From: Nemertoderma westbladi
Lineage: Eukaryota > Animalia > Xenacoelomorpha
Reading direction: 5' to 3'
Length of the DNA stretch: 64,000 bases
Assembly (NCBI GenBank): GCA_032718475.1
Contig: JAUCBJ010004237.1
Location: 1-64,000, forward strand
Made by a program: the position numbers and the translations under genes. A model generated the notes under the pieces. It was given only the letters and a program-made list of their open reading frames with translations, did not search any database and was not told the DNA's origin. Position 1 is the first letter of the stretch, and every line of letters begins with the position of its first letter. Positions 63,155 to 64,000 of the stretch are shown one piece after another.

Positions 63155-64000
63155 ATGGAAAAGGCCTTAAATGCAGTAATTGACCATGGCAATTCCATCA
63201 ACAAAGCTTTGAAGGAAAACGGTGTTCCTTATGGAACATTGTACAGAAGAGTCAATTTGGGTCCTACATTAAAAAACCATGGTGGACAAACATTTCTAAC
63301 CATGGAAGAAGATAAGAAAATTGTTAATGTCATTTACACTGTTACAGAGTGGAAATGCTCACTTAAGGGTATAGATATCATTCTTCTCATTAAAGAATAT
63401 ATCGATTCTACTACACCTGGGGCTGGAGGTTCTAGGTTTAAAGACAATCGACCGGGTCGAGATTGGTTAGAAAACTTTAAAACTCGGCATTTAACATCCA
63501 GGATGGCTCAAAATGTCAAACTGGAAGGTGTCCCTGAGACACACATCTTCAATTATGATAATAATAATAATCATTTATAGAGCGCCTTTCTGGGCATTAT
63601 TTCAAGGCGCATAAGACCAATGTAATGGACGATCCAGGGTCGAGGAGTGCCATATGTTCTCGGGGGCTGAGGTGTGTTGAACAAAAATCTGCCCACACGA
63701 AATCATCAACAAGCATCATGTTTTGTGGTTCAGCTTCAGGGAAATATCAGCCTTCTATGGTGGTATACAAGGCTGAAAATCCAAACCAGCTTTGGGGTCA
63801 TGTATCAGAGACCAACATGAAATCTGGTTTCAGGGCCTGTGGGCTGTACCCATTTAGTCCAACAGAAGTAATTAAGAAATTACCTAGGGACGAGCCTGGT
63901 GCTGATGAGCAACGTTCAGTGTTGAATTCTGCCACAATTAGTGTTTTAAGAACTTCTCTCTATGGTTCAAATACACCAGTCCATGTCAAGTATAAAAGAG
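63155..64000 (+). pseudogene. pogo/Tigger-like transposase (HTH_psq, CENP-B HTH, DDE_1), with insertion and deletions
   Basis: GVPYGTLYRR; FKDNRPGRDWLENFKTRH; IFNYD, then a ~54-bp insert, then (E)TNVMDDPG...IMFCGSASG...MVVYKAEN. Confidence 0.85.

Overview
This is eukaryotic, almost certainly animal, repeat-dense DNA with no intact host gene: a nested transposon graveyard. (1) A young 12.4-kb BEL/Pao LTR retrotransposon (3281-15706; 545-bp LTRs, TCAAC target-site duplication) carries, after pol, a 16-copy hairpin tandem array and an extra ORF3 encoding a DEDDy (WRN/EXD/Mut-7-like) 3'-5' exonuclease plus three CCHC knuckles. It has no tRNA primer-binding site, only a 9-nt match to its own LTR. 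It is inserted in the accessory gene of a CMC-EnSpm-like DNA transposon, next to a truncated sister copy. (2) Three Penelope-like insertions carry five minimal hammerhead ribozyme motifs. (3) A decayed protein-primed DNA polymerase B gene is followed 8 nt later by a TBP-like ORF. (4) A partiti-like dsRNA virus capsid endogenous viral element is split by a hATm transposon and abuts a BEL-type LTR end. (5) RTE and other non-LTR fragments, a second BEL fragment, piggyBac- and Kolobok-type MITEs, and P-, Chapaev-, Sola- and pogo-like transposase relics fill the rest. All family calls come from motif recognition by eye; no database searches were run.
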